A stretch of DNA of 64,000 nucleotides, from positions 126,418,001 to 126,482,000 of the forward strand of contig OX597819.1 in the NCBI GenBank assembly GCA_951406725.2, read 5' to 3'. Below are positions 26,623 through 44,142 of the stretch, in pieces (the stretch's first letter is position 1; each line of letters begins with the position of its first letter). A program made the position numbers and the translations under genes. Source of the DNA: Octopus vulgaris (Eukaryota). The notes beneath the pieces were generated by a model. The model saw only the letters and a list, made by a program, of their open reading frames with translations. It ran no database searches and was not told where the DNA came from.

Positions 26623-27823
26623 AACTTTATTCGTACCACTTCGGTTTCTTTGTTCATATTAACCGATCGGCAATAATACTTTCCAATTTTGTTTTATTTT
26701 TCGTAATTGTCTTTTTTAACTTACATTGAATAGCCCCCCCGGCCCACTTTCTCTAGTTCTCCTCCTCTGCCCAATTCTCCCTCCTCCACTTCTTTTTCCA
26801 TCTTTCTTTCTTCTTCTTCTTCGCCAGGTTTTCCTTTACCTCCTTTACCTCCACGTTTTTGCTCTCCTCACCTTTTTTCTCTCTATTTTTTTCCTTTCCT
26901 ATACATTTTCGCTCATTCTTTCCCTCTCTCACCACACTGCTTTTCAAATACCTCTTTCCCTCTTTATATCATCTCCTCTTTTGCTATTACTCTTTCTCTC
27001 TTTCACACAACCTCTCTCTCTCTCTCTCTCTCTCGCTCAATACACCCGATGTTTCCATTCCTTCCTCATCCATACATCCATCCAGTCAGTCAGTCATTCA
27101 GTCTTCCACACATACAAGTATCATCCTGACCTATCAGTTTCCTGTCCATCATCCTTCCCTCAATTTTACACTGCCAATCACTTTTTCTCCATACTCTTCC
27201 TTCCCCTCTCCACTCGTTCACTCACTCACTCACTCACTCACTCACTCACTCACTCACTCATTCAATCTCTCCCTCAATCATTCGCCAGTTAACTCTCTAT
27301 CTCGTCTGCTTCTCATTCTTTCTGCCAGTGTGTCGTCTGCTCGATCGCCTGTCTCTCATTCGCTCCCCCGTTTTGTCGACTGCCCCCTAAACAAACCAAC
27401 GAGGGAACCGCTACGAGGCTGATCCCTCGACCTGCAAGAATTAACAATCAAATGTCACTCAAATCACACCCAGGTCGTCTTAGAAAAAAATACGTGTGGT
27501 AATGTGACCCTGGCTCTGTAAGTAAGAAAAAGATGGAATGGTCACAAGAATGACTTTAATCAGTCCCGTAATATTCTTGAATCTCGCTCCTAACCTTGAG
27601 CCAAAATTTCATCTCATCCTGCTTCTTTTCTTTCTCTGTCCCTCTTCCTCTCTCACCGTCTTCTCCTCTCCTCACTCTCTCCTCTTTTCTTCCTCTACCA
27701 TCTCTTCCTTTCTCTCTCCTCTCTCCGTCTATCTATTGACTAATATGAGTAACTTCAGATAATCTAACTAGTTTGTAAGTATATGCATCTAAGCGTATAT
27801 TGTGCGTATACATTTTGACGCTT

Positions 27824-28076
27824 AAGGCGGCGAGCTGGCAGAAACGTTAGCGCGCCGGACGAAATGCTTAGCGGCATTTGAACTCAGAGCGTACTCTGAG
27901 TTCAGATTCCGCCGAGGTCGAATTTGCCTTTCATCCTTTCGGTGTCGATAAATAAAGTACCAGTTTCGCACTGGGGCCGATGTAATCGACTTAATCCCTT
28001 TGTCCTTGTTTGTCCCCTCTATGTTTAGCCCCTTGTGGGCAGCAAAGAAATATATACATTTTGACGTTTGTATGTA

Positions 28077-28107
<31 letters not shown>

Positions 28108-29200
28108 ACCTGTGTGCTTGTGTGTGGGTGTGTGCACGCATACTTACACACACTATGACATATAGCTACAACTAATACAGAGCGACATTAGCAAATGCGA
28201 TTAGGCCACATCTCCAAATAAATCTATACACAATTATCTTCTATCTTTTTACGCACTTTGTTTCTTTCAGTTTGATATCTTCGTCAGCAGATGCAAAGAG
28301 AGTTGTGCTTTGGTATTTATATACACGATAACGCAAAAACTGGTGTTACTCGGAACCATTCGATATATCAAAAATACAAATATCGCAATTTGCTTCGGGG
28401 AAAAAAAATCGAAACTCTAAAACAGAGTTCGAAAATTAATTTACGGAAATTGGTTCGATATAACAGTTATATAAATTAATATTATGCAGTTGTGAAGAAA
28501 ATACATTCTTTTTGCAAAATAGCAAGCGGGAAGTTTCAATAAATTTGGGAAGAATCAACTTATATATATATGTTTCTTTACTACCCACAAGGGGCTACAC
28601 ACAGAGGGGACACACAAAGACAGACAAAGGGATTAAGTCGATTACATTGACCCCAGTGCGTAACTGGTATTTAATTAATCGACCCCGAAAGGATGAAAAG
28701 CAAAGTCGACCTCGGCGGAAATTGAACTCGGAACGTATCGACAGACGAAATACGGCTACACATTTCGCCAACAATCAACTTATATATAATGACTGCTATA
28801 CCTTTTGCCGTCATAATTCTGATTAAGGGTCACCAATGCTTGAATGATCCCAGGGAAACCGCTGAAAACGGGACTATAAAGTGCAGCTAATAGCCTCTCT
28901 TGCATGGCATAAAATAGATACAGAATACAGACACCCACCCCGCTACATGCAGAGAAAACGACGGAGTAGTAACAACTACTGGCAGAAACGTTAGCACGCC
29001 GGGCGAAATGCTTTGCGGTATTTTGTCCGCCGCTACGTTCTGAGTTCAAATTGCGCCGAGGTCGACTTTGCCTTTCATCCTTTCGGAGTCGATTAAATAA
29101 GTACTAGTTACGCACCGGGGTCGATATAATCGACTTAATCCGTTTGTCTGTCCTGGTTTATCCCCTCTGTGTTTAGCCCCTTGTGGGTAGTAAAGAAATG
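27824..29200. mobile_element. Cluster of three SINE family A copies (27824-28052 +, 28573-28769 -, 28979-29200 +)
   Basis: Matches to family A on both strands. Confidence 0.85.
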
Positions 29201-30456
29201 GAGTAGTAACAACTGGGACATTTTCTTCATTTGTCTACTTCGTCAGAGTCGATCTCTACTGCTAAGCAACAGCAGCAAAAAAAGGTTTGTTTCACAAGCC
29301 GATGAGGGTCCCTTGGCAAGCGGTCGACACGCTTGGAACAACTACTGAATCTTACTGAAATCATATCGTTACCGTCAGAAAAGGAAATGAGCACGAATGA
29401 CGAGATCATGAACTTACAACGAGACGGAATGGGTGGTCACAGCTGGAATATTTCCAGCTGAATAATGACTAGGTAGAGGTCAATTAGATTGATTAACTGT
29501 AGATTATTTTATTGGTTATTCAGAGAAAGAAGAACAACAATGGGACAGCTAAGAACACCTACAGACCAAGTTCTGATGTTAAATCAGATGGAGGGTTTAG
29601 TCTACCATCCAGAAATAAGAACAGTTCCTCCAGACAATTTTTGTTGATCCAGATTTTACTCTCAAGGCTTTAGTCAACTCAAAGCTACGACAGAACATTC
29701 TTACGATGCCGAGGAATGAGATCAAAAAACCTCAAACCACATAGTTGCGAAAGTAACTACTGAACCACAGAGCCTTGTCTACGCCAAGGTTGTCGTTTCC
29801 GTCACTGTTATTGACACTTCAGTTCAGACCTGATCGGGAAGGAACAATATTAATGACACTCCGGGCATGACCACCGATCTTTTCTTCTTTCTAAAGCCGG
29901 TGTATTATATTCTTCTAAATTTCTGACCTTTTTAAAACAGCAGAGGAGGATTTGCGGGAGATTTTCGCTGTAATTTCTAGCAAGGGCTCACAGCTCACAT
30001 AGAAACTGGTTCGTTAACCTAAGAAGAGATTGCAAACCTGTAAATATGATTTTAAAAAAAGAAATCAAGCAACTGACTCTAACCTACATAATACCTGCAA
30101 TTTTTCTGAATTCTTCAAACAGAAAGGCCTCCTTACCTCAAACATTTCTTCTGAGACAGGTGATACCGATGTTATTGGTAGCGATGACTGCAGGAATAAT
30201 ATGTGTGGGACAGAGGATTTATTGGGCAGAGTGGGTCGTGAAGGGTTTAAGGACGTAGTAGAATTGCAGTAAATGATAAGAAGAGGAGGGGGGAAGCAAG
30301 CCTGTCTGATGGACCTGAATGGTACTGATAAAATTTTACAAGGTCCAGGTCACGATGTTCTAGGCTCTAAATCCATGCGGCTTCTGAAACTACTATTTAC
30401 TTGTTTCAATCATAAGATTGCAGCCATGCTGGAGCATCGCCTTCAATATTTATAGT

Positions 30457-30516
<60 letters not shown>

Positions 30517-30599
30517 ATATATAAACATTCATAAATACGTATATATATACACACACATATATATATTATATATAAATACATACATATATGTATATCTTT

Positions 30600-30992
30600 T
30601 TCTTTTATTCTTTTACTTGTTTCAGTCATTTGAGTGCGGCCATGCTGGAGCACCACTTTTAATCGAACAAGTCGACCCCAGGACTTATCTTTGCAAGCCT
30701 GGTACTTATTATATCGGTGTTTTTTGCCGAAACGCTAGATTACAGAGTGATACACACACCAGCATCGGTTGTCAAGCGACGGTGGGAGGGACAAATACAC
30801 ACACAAATACATACATATACCTATATATATACGACGGGCTTCTTTCAGTTTCCGTCTACCAAATCCACTCACAAGGTTTTAGTCGGCCTGAGACTATAGT
30901 AGAAAGCACTTGCCCAAGGTACCACGCAGTGGGAATGAACCCAGAACCATGTGGTTGTAAGCAAGCTTCTTACCCTCAGCCACACCGGCGCC
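30600..30992 (-). mobile_element. SINE family B
   Basis: Reverse-complement match to family B. Confidence 0.82.
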
Positions 30993-31147
30993 TATATATG
31001 TTTATGTATCCTATCCCACACCTGAACCCGTACACACACACTCACACACAAACACACACATGCTCTCCTTCTCACTCTCTCTCTCTCTCTCACTTTCGTA
31101 CCCAATCGCGCGGTTTTCCTATACTGTGAATATAAAAAAAAACTTTT

Positions 31148-31384
31148 CTTATTTCTTTACTGCCCACAAGGGGCTAAACACAGAGGGGACAAACAAGGAC
31201 AGACAAACGGATTAAGTCGATTATATATCGACCCCAGTGCGTAACTGGTACTTAATTTATCGACCCCGAAAGGATGAAAAGCAAAGTCGACCTCGACGGA
31301 ATTTGAACCCAGAACGTAACGGCAGACGAAATACGGCTAAGCATTTCGCCCGGCGTGCTAACGTTTCTGCCAACTCGCCGCCTT
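31148..31384 (-). mobile_element. SINE family A
   Basis: Full-length reverse-complement match. Confidence 0.88.
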
Positions 31385-31889
31385 AAAAAACTTTTCTGCC
31401 ATTCTTTCACCTTCTCGGGTTTCCTTCTCACACTTCTCCGCGAAAGACAAAGAGAGAAAGAAAGAGAGAGAGAGAGTGTGGTGGAGGAGAACGAGAAAGA
31501 GAGAAAATGAGGGAGGAATGGAGGGAGTGAAAGAGAGGGAGAGAGAAAGAGGCGGAAAGTGAGAAAGAAAATGAGAGGGAGAAGGTAGCAGGCAGAGGAA
31601 AGGGGAGCGAGAGAGAGAGAGGTTAATAGAGTGAAACCATGAGTGAGTTGCCGACCTGAAAGTTTCTGTTGTGTTCAGGAAGAACATGGCCTGTGTCTGT
31701 GTGTCTGTATCTATGAGTGCATACATGTGTGCAGATGGACGGGTGCGACTAGGCGAAAGGATCTGATTGGCACGAGCCTCTCTCTGTCTGACTGTCAGTC
31801 GTCGCTCCGTCTATGCGACTAGCTCTAGAAATGCACATACACGTGTGTGTATGTGTGTGTGTGTGTGTGAGTGCGTATGTATGTCTGTA

Positions 31890-32450
<561 letters not shown>

Positions 32451-32662
32451 GGGTTCCGTAATTTCACCAGGACATGCTGGAGCACCTCCCCTGTACCTAT
32501 ATTTCAATGTCTGGTACTTCTTTAATGGATTTCTTTCAGTAACAGCCAACTTACGTGGCTGCAAGACAACAAACACCGGTTTTCAAGCGTGGATGCTGAC
32601 AGCCACAAGCACAAATACACGGATACACACACACATTTATATATTCTATATAATATGCAGTA

Positions 32663-32771
<109 letters not shown>

Positions 32772-33398
32772 TTTAAAGTGAGGGTAAGAAATTAGATATT
32801 AATTTAATTAACATCGATTTCACACCAGTGGTCTAGCATATAAAAAAAATCTGAAGGTTTAGTAAAATTGTATTATATACATATTAGAGGGAAACCACTA
32901 TGTGGACACCCTTATGCTAGAAATTTCTTAGTGGTAAGACCATAGCGGATCTATTTCTAGCATAAGGGTATCCACATAGTGGTTTCCCTCTAATATATGT
33001 ATATATATATATATATATATACACATACATATCACAGGGCGCAAGAGTGGTTCTGTGGTAAGAAACTTGGTTCCCTCCGCCTGACAACCGGTGTTGTTTT
33101 GTTTTCGTTTCTGTAACCTAGCTATTCGGCAATAGAGAAGGAGACAATAAGTACCGGGCTTTACAAAAACAGTCCTGGGGTTGATTTCTTCGATTAAGAC
33201 CCTTCAAGGCGGTGCGCAATCAAATGATTGAAAAAAGTTAGCATTGTATGGGGAGGGGATTATATCGACTTCGATGCTGAAATGGTATTTTGAAAGTCGA
33301 TATCTGCGGAATTTGAACTCGGAACGTAATGGACGGACGAAATGCCACTAAGCATTTTACCCGGCGTGCTAACGATCCTGCCAGCTCGCCTTAAATAC

Positions 33399-33465
<67 letters not shown>

Positions 33466-33508
33466 CATACATACATACATACATACATACATACATACAC
33501 ACACATAC

Positions 33509-33577
<69 letters not shown>

Positions 33578-33751
33578 CATATATATACATATATAGATAT
33601 AGATATAGATATATATAGATATATATGTATATAGATATATATATATTTTTCAATATTTTCAATTTTTCAGATGTTTTATATGTTAGGCTACTGGTTTTAA
33701 ATTGATATTAATTAAATTAATATTCAATTTATCTCCCTCATTATCTAAATG

Positions 33752-33924
<173 letters not shown>

Positions 33925-34608
33925 GTATATATGTATGTATGTATGTATGTGTGTGTGTAAAGAGCGTAGACGTATGTATATGTATATACATAGTATATTC
34001 ATATATGCATAAATATGTAAAATATATACTTATAAATGCATGTATATCTGTGTATATATATATATATACATAGATGAATGTATATATGGACATACAAATA
34101 CAAGCATATATGCGTTCATACACACGTACATGCACAAACGTGTGTGAGTGTGCATAGGAATAAATGCATACACACACATACACGCACACATACACGCACA
34201 CATACACGCACACATACACGCAGACATACACGCACACATATTCATTCTCTCGCCTCTCTTCGGCAAATATTCTGTTCAGCTTATAAATCAACTGTCGGTC
34301 GGAAAAAGCCAGCCTCCATTCCCTTTTGCTGCAAACCGTTTCTCTCTCTCTCACACTCTCTCTCTCTCTCTCTCTCTCTCTCCCCCCCCCCCTGTCTGCC
34401 CCCCCCCGTCTCTTACGTTCTCCTCTTTCTCTCAATCCATCTCTCTCTCTCTCTCTCCTGTCTCCTCCTTATTTCCCCCTCTCTTCGCTCAGTCTTGCCC
34501 TCACTCTCCACTACTCTGACCACTGCTATATGCCAATTTCAATCATCTCTTTCAACCATCAACAGCCGAGGGGAGGCTACGTTTTGCGAAAGGAGGACAA
34601 GGCAACAC

Positions 34609-34662
<54 letters not shown>

Positions 34663-34888
34663 ACATTTTTATATATATATATATCTCCTCTCTCTCTCTT
34701 TCGCTCTATCACATTTACTTTCATTTACACTATTCTCTCCCCCCCCATACACACACACGCACACACACGAATATACACTCACTCTCACTCTTTCGTCTTG
34801 TGTCTGTCGTCTTAGTAAGGGTGTTTGCGTTTGTGCGAAGGAATATACACACATACATACACACACACACACACACACATATATATTA

Positions 34889-34926
<38 letters not shown>

Positions 34927-36157
34927 GTAAGTCGTGTATGTTTGTGCATGTATGTGTGTTTATATGTCGAACCAGTTCTCACTTTTTTGTCGCGTTTAGA
35001 ACTTCGTCTCCTCTTTTACACGCACTATCACACTTCGCCTTGCTTATATACTTATATACGAAGATACGGTGATAACATACAGATACACACACAAAGTCAC
35101 ATATACACACTGACACCCACACACACACACACACATGCAGACAAGCACATACATGCACACACACGCAAGCACATGACGTGAACAGAAACGTAAACAAGCG
35201 CACCGTTATCACAGATAACGCTCACATATCTATATACACAAAATCAACTTATATCTACACACACATATATATATATAGATACGTGTGTTTGTGTGTGTAT
35301 ATATATATATAATTTCATTAGTTTGACTTGGACACTATATATGCGTCTATTTATTTACACTCTCACACAAGCGAATATATATTTATATATATACTTACAT
35401 AAATGCATTTATACATACAAAAATACATATACGCACTTATATACATTGATGTTTTGCAAGAATACGGTATTCTAGCAAAGTTCCAGTTATGAAGGCCAAA
35501 ATGGACTGACGATCCACGGAACACATACATACATACATACATACATACATACACGTACATACATACATACATACATACATAAATAAATAATAAAACGAAA
35601 TACAAATTGTAAGAAAAAACAACAACAACAAACAGTAGCAGCAATAACAACGACAACGGCTGTAGAAACGGCAACGAAAATATTATCTGTCCATCTTTCT
35701 ATCTATCTATCTACCTATCTATCAATCTATCTATCTATCTATCTATCTACCTATCTATCTATCTGTCTGTCTGTCTGTCTCTCTGTCTGTTCTGTTGTAT
35801 TGCTGAGTGTGTGTATGTATGCATGTATGCATATATAAATATACGTATGCAAGAAAATTTCATAGGAAAAAAGATACGCGTAGAAGAAAGCGAAGATTTC
35901 GAAAGAGATTACATGAAAACTTAGGCAAGACAACGACTTTGAAAGAGAAAGACACAGAAAGACAGGGAAAGAGGGATGGACAGAGACAGAGTCTGAGAAC
36001 TGAATAGAGATAGATAGATAAATAAACTGAGAGACGTATCTGCTGAGGGAGAGACAGATAGATAGTAAGAGGGCGAGACAGAGAGAGAGAGAGAGAGAGG
36101 CAAAGAGAAAGTGGAAAATCTATTAGTCCATACAATTTCAGTACCAAACTTTGGAAC

Positions 36158-36473
36158 ATGTTGTACTTTTCTGATACCCTGCCGGGTCACTTTTGCCAGA
36201 ATCAAGCCCCTACGGCCTCGTGTGGGGCAGCTGCCGCTGCCGCCGCCGCCGCTGCAGCCGCCGCGGCCGCTGCGGCTCTCGATTTCGGTGATTCTTGTAT
36301 ATACGGTCAAAACCAAATGGGACCCCGGTTTTGGGACGCGGCCTCTGTGTCGGCGGCGGCGGCAGCGGCCAATTTGAACTTTGGGACGAATTCCGGATCT
36401 TACACGATTCCAAGATATTTATCAGGAGCGCAGTTCACCAATGACCAACAGAATGGAAGATCGTGCTTAAAAG
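36158..36473 (+). CDS. First coding exon of a probable developmental transcription factor (polyalanine N-terminus); gene not identified
   Basis: ATG in AACATG context; 105 codons + 1 nt of GC-rich non-repeat sequence (MLYFSDTLPGHFCQNQAPTASCG-A17-LDFGDSCIYG...NGRSCLK). The Ala17 and Ala6 tracts use mixed GCN codons. Phase-1 donor AAG|GTAAAT at 36473/36474; possible upstream acceptor AATTTCAG ending at 36141. Product class is inferred from polyalanine; no DNA-binding domain is seen in the window. Confidence 0.8.
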
Positions 36474-37365
36474 GTAAATTGAATATATATTGACACCGCA
36501 TGCTTTTTCCCTACACTTTTTCATTTATTTATTTCGTCTTGTTTCCCACCTCTTCACTCACCGAAAGAAATTACACACACAAACACACTCATTCAAATTC
36601 ACACATACACAGACACAACACTGTATGCATGCACATATATATACTCATATAAATATATGCATAAATATAAGATTACATGTGTGTGTGTATATATGTGCAT
36701 ATGTATATATATATATATATATATATAAATGTATATATATATGTATATTTATATATATATATATGTGTGTGTATATATATGTGTGTGTGTGTGTGTGTAT
36801 GCGCATATACACATGATTACGTATATACATGTATATATATATGAGTGTGTGTATGTGCATGTGTGTGATTACACACACGCATTCACTTATACACGCATCA
36901 CTTACAAGCTGAAAGGTTTATTACGTACACACCTGTACCAACATGCATGAGCTGCTATCTCACACTAGCAATCACACACACACACACACACACAACGCAC
37001 TAACACATGCCCATGCAGGCACACACACACACACACTCATTCGCTCCCAGAGGTAAATGAAGAAATACAATTATTCCGATTCCTGTTTTAACGAATTAAT
37101 TATGTCTTTCAGTTGTGCACCTGTATTGAATTTGTGTTCTCCTTTCTCTTCAAGTGTACAGGGCAGGGGAAAATCATTGTAAATAAAAAGAAAAAAATAT
37201 AATTCATATGCAAATTATTTTTGTATGTAAATCACGGATGACACTTCTCACTCTTTCTCTGCGTGTCCTTCGCCCCTTACTCTTCACAACTTTCTCTCTA
37301 CCTTTAAAGCTTACCTTCTATACACACACACACACGTATGAATGTACCTCTCTATCCATCCATCA

Positions 37366-37428
<63 letters not shown>

Positions 37429-37807
37429 CATCTATCTTTCAAGCTAGCCACATACCTGGCTGGATGGCTATCCTCAATATATGTACGCATATATATATGT
37501 AAACACGGAAAGTGCATCAATACGTAAATGACATAAACACTTTACTCTAACTTGTGTATTTTGTAGCGAATCTCATGGACAACAACGGACATGATCGTAC
37601 TCAAATATGTCACTATATATAAATATGTATATATATATATATTTATATATATATATATACACATATTGTTGTATTTCGGAATGGTCATTTTGCCAGTTTA
37701 GCCAATAAAAACACAAAATCTTAAAGGATCTTGCACAACAAATATATAAACGTATATACATAAATCTAAATATATGTTTTGTATGTGGGGCACCACGCTG
37801 TATGAGC

Positions 37808-37898
<91 letters not shown>

Positions 37899-37988
37899 AT
37901 ATACATATTTACATATATATGTAACCATACTTACAAACACGCACACATGCACGTGTACGCATACACACAAACATAACCATATATGAAA

Positions 37989-38035
<47 letters not shown>

Positions 38036-38038
38036 ATA

Positions 38039-38086
<48 letters not shown>

Positions 38087-38166
38087 GTAAACTGGACAAA
38101 TTAGTAATTATAACTTCATCATACATGTGGCTGTCTCGGGTCCTTAGAATGTGTAATGTGTTTGTA

Positions 38167-38223
<57 letters not shown>

Positions 38224-38403
38224 CTGTGTGTTTATATATATATACACGTACGTACACACATATATATGTATGTAAATATCAATTTATATTTCTGAACATA
38301 TACATTTATATATACATGTTTATATATGTCTGTGTATTGTGTATATAAATGTGTATAAATATATATATATTTACTTATATATATATACACACACACACAC
38401 ACG

Positions 38404-38447
<44 letters not shown>

Positions 38448-38615
38448 CGCAGGCGTGGTTGTGTGGTAAGAAGCTTCCTTCCCACCCGCATGGTACCGGG
38501 CTCGGTCCAACTGCGTGGCCCCTTGGGTAAGTGTCTTCTACTATAGCCCTATATTCTCGGGCCTTCCAATGTCTTCTGAGTTGATTTAGTAGACGGAACC
38601 TGAAAGCCCGTCGTG

Positions 38616-38650
<35 letters not shown>

Positions 38651-38836
38651 ATCTATATATTTGCGTTTGTGTGTGTGTGCGTGTGTCTTTGTGCCCAAGC
38701 ATGGCCGCAGTCAAGTAAGGAAAAGAATAAAAGTATATATATATATATACATGTTTATAAATATGTATATATATATGTATATATATACATACATACCCAC
38801 CCACACCCACACACACACACACATATATATATGTAT

Positions 38837-38927
<91 letters not shown>

Positions 38928-39124
38928 TATACAGGACAAATTAGTTTTAATTGCACATTATCTGAAACAAATTATGGTAAAAGAAGTATTTTTAATATTT
39001 TAATTAAATTTTTTGTCATAGCGTGTCATTATATGGAAAGCATGCCTGAACTTACACACACACACACACACACACATGTTTGTATGTGTGTGTGTGAGTG
39101 AGTATGAATGTATGAACATGTACG

Positions 39125-39166
<42 letters not shown>

Positions 39167-39586
39167 AATATGTATATATCTACATATACATATAAGTGTT
39201 TTATGCACACAAACACACACACACACATACATATTTATATATATACATGCATACATACACACACACACACAAACATGTATATACATATATGTATTTATAC
39301 ACTTATATAAAGAAGCAAAGACCTACCGACATACCGTGTATGTCTATCTGTGCCTTATTTATTTAGATAAACTTCACATGCATGTAAATATCATAAATAC
39401 ATTATTATATATAATTTTTCCTTGTAATATAATTAATCATATTAAGGTACAATATTTATGTATTATTATTATATTTATATAATGAGTGTATATTTATGTT
39501 TATAGGCACGGCTGTGTATATCTCTGTGCATATTTCTCCCTCTCTTTCTTTCTCTCTGTCTTTCTCACTCCCCCTCTCGATCTTTA

Positions 39587-39630
<44 letters not shown>

Positions 39631-40173
39631 TATTCCTGTATGCAGGCAAGTTTGTGCTTGTATGTAGGCCTGTATGTATTTGTGTTTGTGTATATTTTAC
39701 ACATGCAAGTATCCTGTGCCGTTCGTGATTATATATGCTTGTGTCACACAATTTGCAAGTTGCATGCCTCACACAGTATATGCGGAAGTAAATTTTTTTT
39801 TGAAAACAAAATTAAATGCGTATAAATGTAAGGAAATGTGTGTATGTGTACTGTTCATACATATATACATACATATATACATACATACATGCAAATATGC
39901 ATACATACAAACATGCATTCAAACATACATACATATATAAATATTTATACATATGTATATTTGTCTTTGTGTGTATGTTTTATATATTTATCTATCTGTT
40001 CATATACGTCTGTGTGTATGTGTGTGTGTACACACACCATTGTATAAATCTGTAAATTCATATATGTATGGACCTATATATGTATACATATTATATGTAA
40101 ATAAATATATATTTAGTATGTTAATATAATATAATATAATATAACATAATATAATATAATATAATATAATATA

Positions 40174-40225
<52 letters not shown>

Positions 40226-40321
40226 GTATGTTAATATAATATAATATAATGTAATATAATATAATATAATATAATATAATATAATATAATACATAATATA
40301 ATATGATATATATATAATATT

Positions 40322-40520
40322 GTGACCGCGTGTGTATCGTTGGCGATTTTCTTTCTCTGTCTTCCCTTCTTTGGACTTTTTCTATATTTCTGATGAAGAG
40401 CTCTGCGCGAAACATGAAATCTTCATTCTTTTCTTTCCTTTCCTGAACGTCCAATAAAACAATACTTGTTCCACGTACTCGCGTTGTTATTTTTATGCTT
40501 GTTCTCGTTTGGATTGACTA
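40322..40520 (+). mobile_element. Family P2 element with a hammerhead-like motif at 40386-40420
   Basis: ATTT-CTGATGA-A-GAGC-TCT-GCGC-GAA-ACAT-G-AAAT; canonical CUGAUGA core but decayed stems and cleavage site. Confidence 0.7.
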
Positions 40521-40669
40521 CATATATATATATATATTAATCAGCCGAAATTGCGAAGATGATCCGGTTCTTGACTGAAGATTGAGGGCTTCGAATGTCC
40601 CGTCCGTGTTTTTTGTATCGTCTTCTAACTGTTTCACGTTCTTGTCCCAGTTTGTATTTTTCTACATTT

Positions 40670-40740
<71 letters not shown>

Positions 40741-41389
40741 AATGTCTGTTAGCATATTGGCATAGAAATAAACAATTTTTTTGCCCTTGTTTATAATTTT
40801 AACCTTTAAAAGTATTTTAATATGCTGCCACTTTTTTGATGAAATTTTTTTCTGTAAAAAAACTTCATCCTATATTAGTTGTATATATATATATATACAT
40901 AGATACACAAACACACATACATATATATATATATATACACACGCAGAGGTGCGCCCACACACACAAACACGCACACACACACATTTAAATAATATCCAAA
41001 TATATAGGATTTTATAAAAAAAATAATAGATAAAATGTCAGTTGATCCTTTCTCCTAAAGGCACAAGGCCTGGAAAAAATGTTTGTTGATGTGTTGCTGT
41101 TGTTGTCGCTGTTGGCACCACTTTTTTGCTGCTTCTGGTGTTGTTTATCACGAAGTTTTGTTTTGGGGATTAGCTGCCAAATTTTCAAAGTCGAAAATCC
41201 ATCTGAATATTTAGATCTCTGATTACGATGAGTGCTCAAAGTTATGGCTACGTGCATCAGATAGGTTAGGTTTCTTTCTCTCATCATGTTGTTTTACCGG
41301 ATAGATATTGAACTCAGAAAATTTTCTACATGTCCATATTTTTCTCTACCTAATATAACTAACAAGGAGATAATACACACGCCACACAC

Positions 41390-41556
<167 letters not shown>

Positions 41557-41650
41557 AGAGAGAGAGAGAGAGAGAGAGAGATACATATATATATATACAT
41601 ATACATATGTATATATATATATGTATATATATATATATACATATATATAC

Positions 41651-41736
<86 letters not shown>

Positions 41737-42598
41737 GTGTGTTTATATATATATATATATATTTGTATATATATATATACACATATATATATATACATGT
41801 ATAGGCCTATGTATATATGTATAGAGTTGTGTGGTAAGAAGTTTTCTTCTTTCTCAACCACATAGTTGCAGGATCATTCCCGGGCCGATTAGTGCCTTTT
41901 GAGTGAAAACTGAAACAAATCCGTCATGTGTGTGTGCATGTGTGTGTGGGTTTGTGGGTGTGTTTCCGTGTGTGTCTGTGTGTGTATTTGTGTTTGTCCC
42001 CCTTCACTGCTTCACAACCGGTGTTGCTACGTTTGCGTCCCTGTAACTTAGTAGTTTGGCACAAGAGACCGTTAGAAAAAAACCAAACTTCAATAACTAC
42101 CTGTACTGGAGACAATTCTTTCGAATAAAATTCTTGAAGACAGTCCTCTAGCATGGCCGCAATGTAACAATTGAAACAAGTGAAAATTAAAAGGTTAAGA
42201 TACAATCTTACTTAACCAAAATCTCCAATATGGGTCGAGACAACCACTTGGGCACATTTCTCTGCAGAACGCTCTATAATTCATACTTCATTTTAGTTGC
42301 TCTGCTCCGTTTGTGAGAATCGTTGAATTTTGTCATTTAGACCCAGCTCAGTCCTCCGAGGAGTGACCTGTGAAATAAGGGGCGTCCTCAGCACGACTAT
42401 TCTATCTGTTTGGATTACTAGAACATGATTGTGTTAAAAGGGTCTACGTACTAAGTTTATCCAATAATACAGAGGGAGGCAGAGTTAAACTTATATAGAC
42501 ACACACACACACACACGCATAACTATATATATATGTGTGTGTGTGTGTATACAAATATTATATATATATATACATACATACATATATATATATGTATG

Positions 42599-42647
<49 letters not shown>

Positions 42648-42662
42648 ATGTATATTTATAAG

Positions 42663-42699
<37 letters not shown>

Positions 42700-42967
42700 T
42701 TGTAAGTATGTATATATGTATATACGTATATATATATATATATTTATACATACGCACACACATGCTCGCACACATACACACACGCACACACACACACACA
42801 TAGTCATTATAATGTTTAATGCGTACAAACACTGGCAAATATATGATATAGACAGTGTATTTACGTATGCGTATATGTTTGTTTTAATCGGAAAAAAAAA
42901 AATATATATTACATATATATATTTTTTGTATGCATGAATCTATGTGTGTGTGTATCAATCACACATA

Positions 42968-43016
<49 letters not shown>

Positions 43017-43027
43017 GCATACATACA

Positions 43028-43082
<55 letters not shown>

Positions 43083-43329
43083 GTATATACATATACACAT
43101 ACACATACCTACATATTATCTCTGTCTCTCTGTCTCTTTTTCTCTCTTACACACACACACACACACATTACACATTGAGACATCTAAAATTACTCCACTA
43201 TTTGCTTTTCATAAAGTGTTCTTTATCATTATTAGTACAAGGTAAACACATCCACTTTATTTTGTTTTAACACTAAATCAGCTACAGTTGTATCTTCTGT
43301 AATGATAATGATGATAATAATAATAAAGA

Positions 43330-44142
<813 letters not shown>

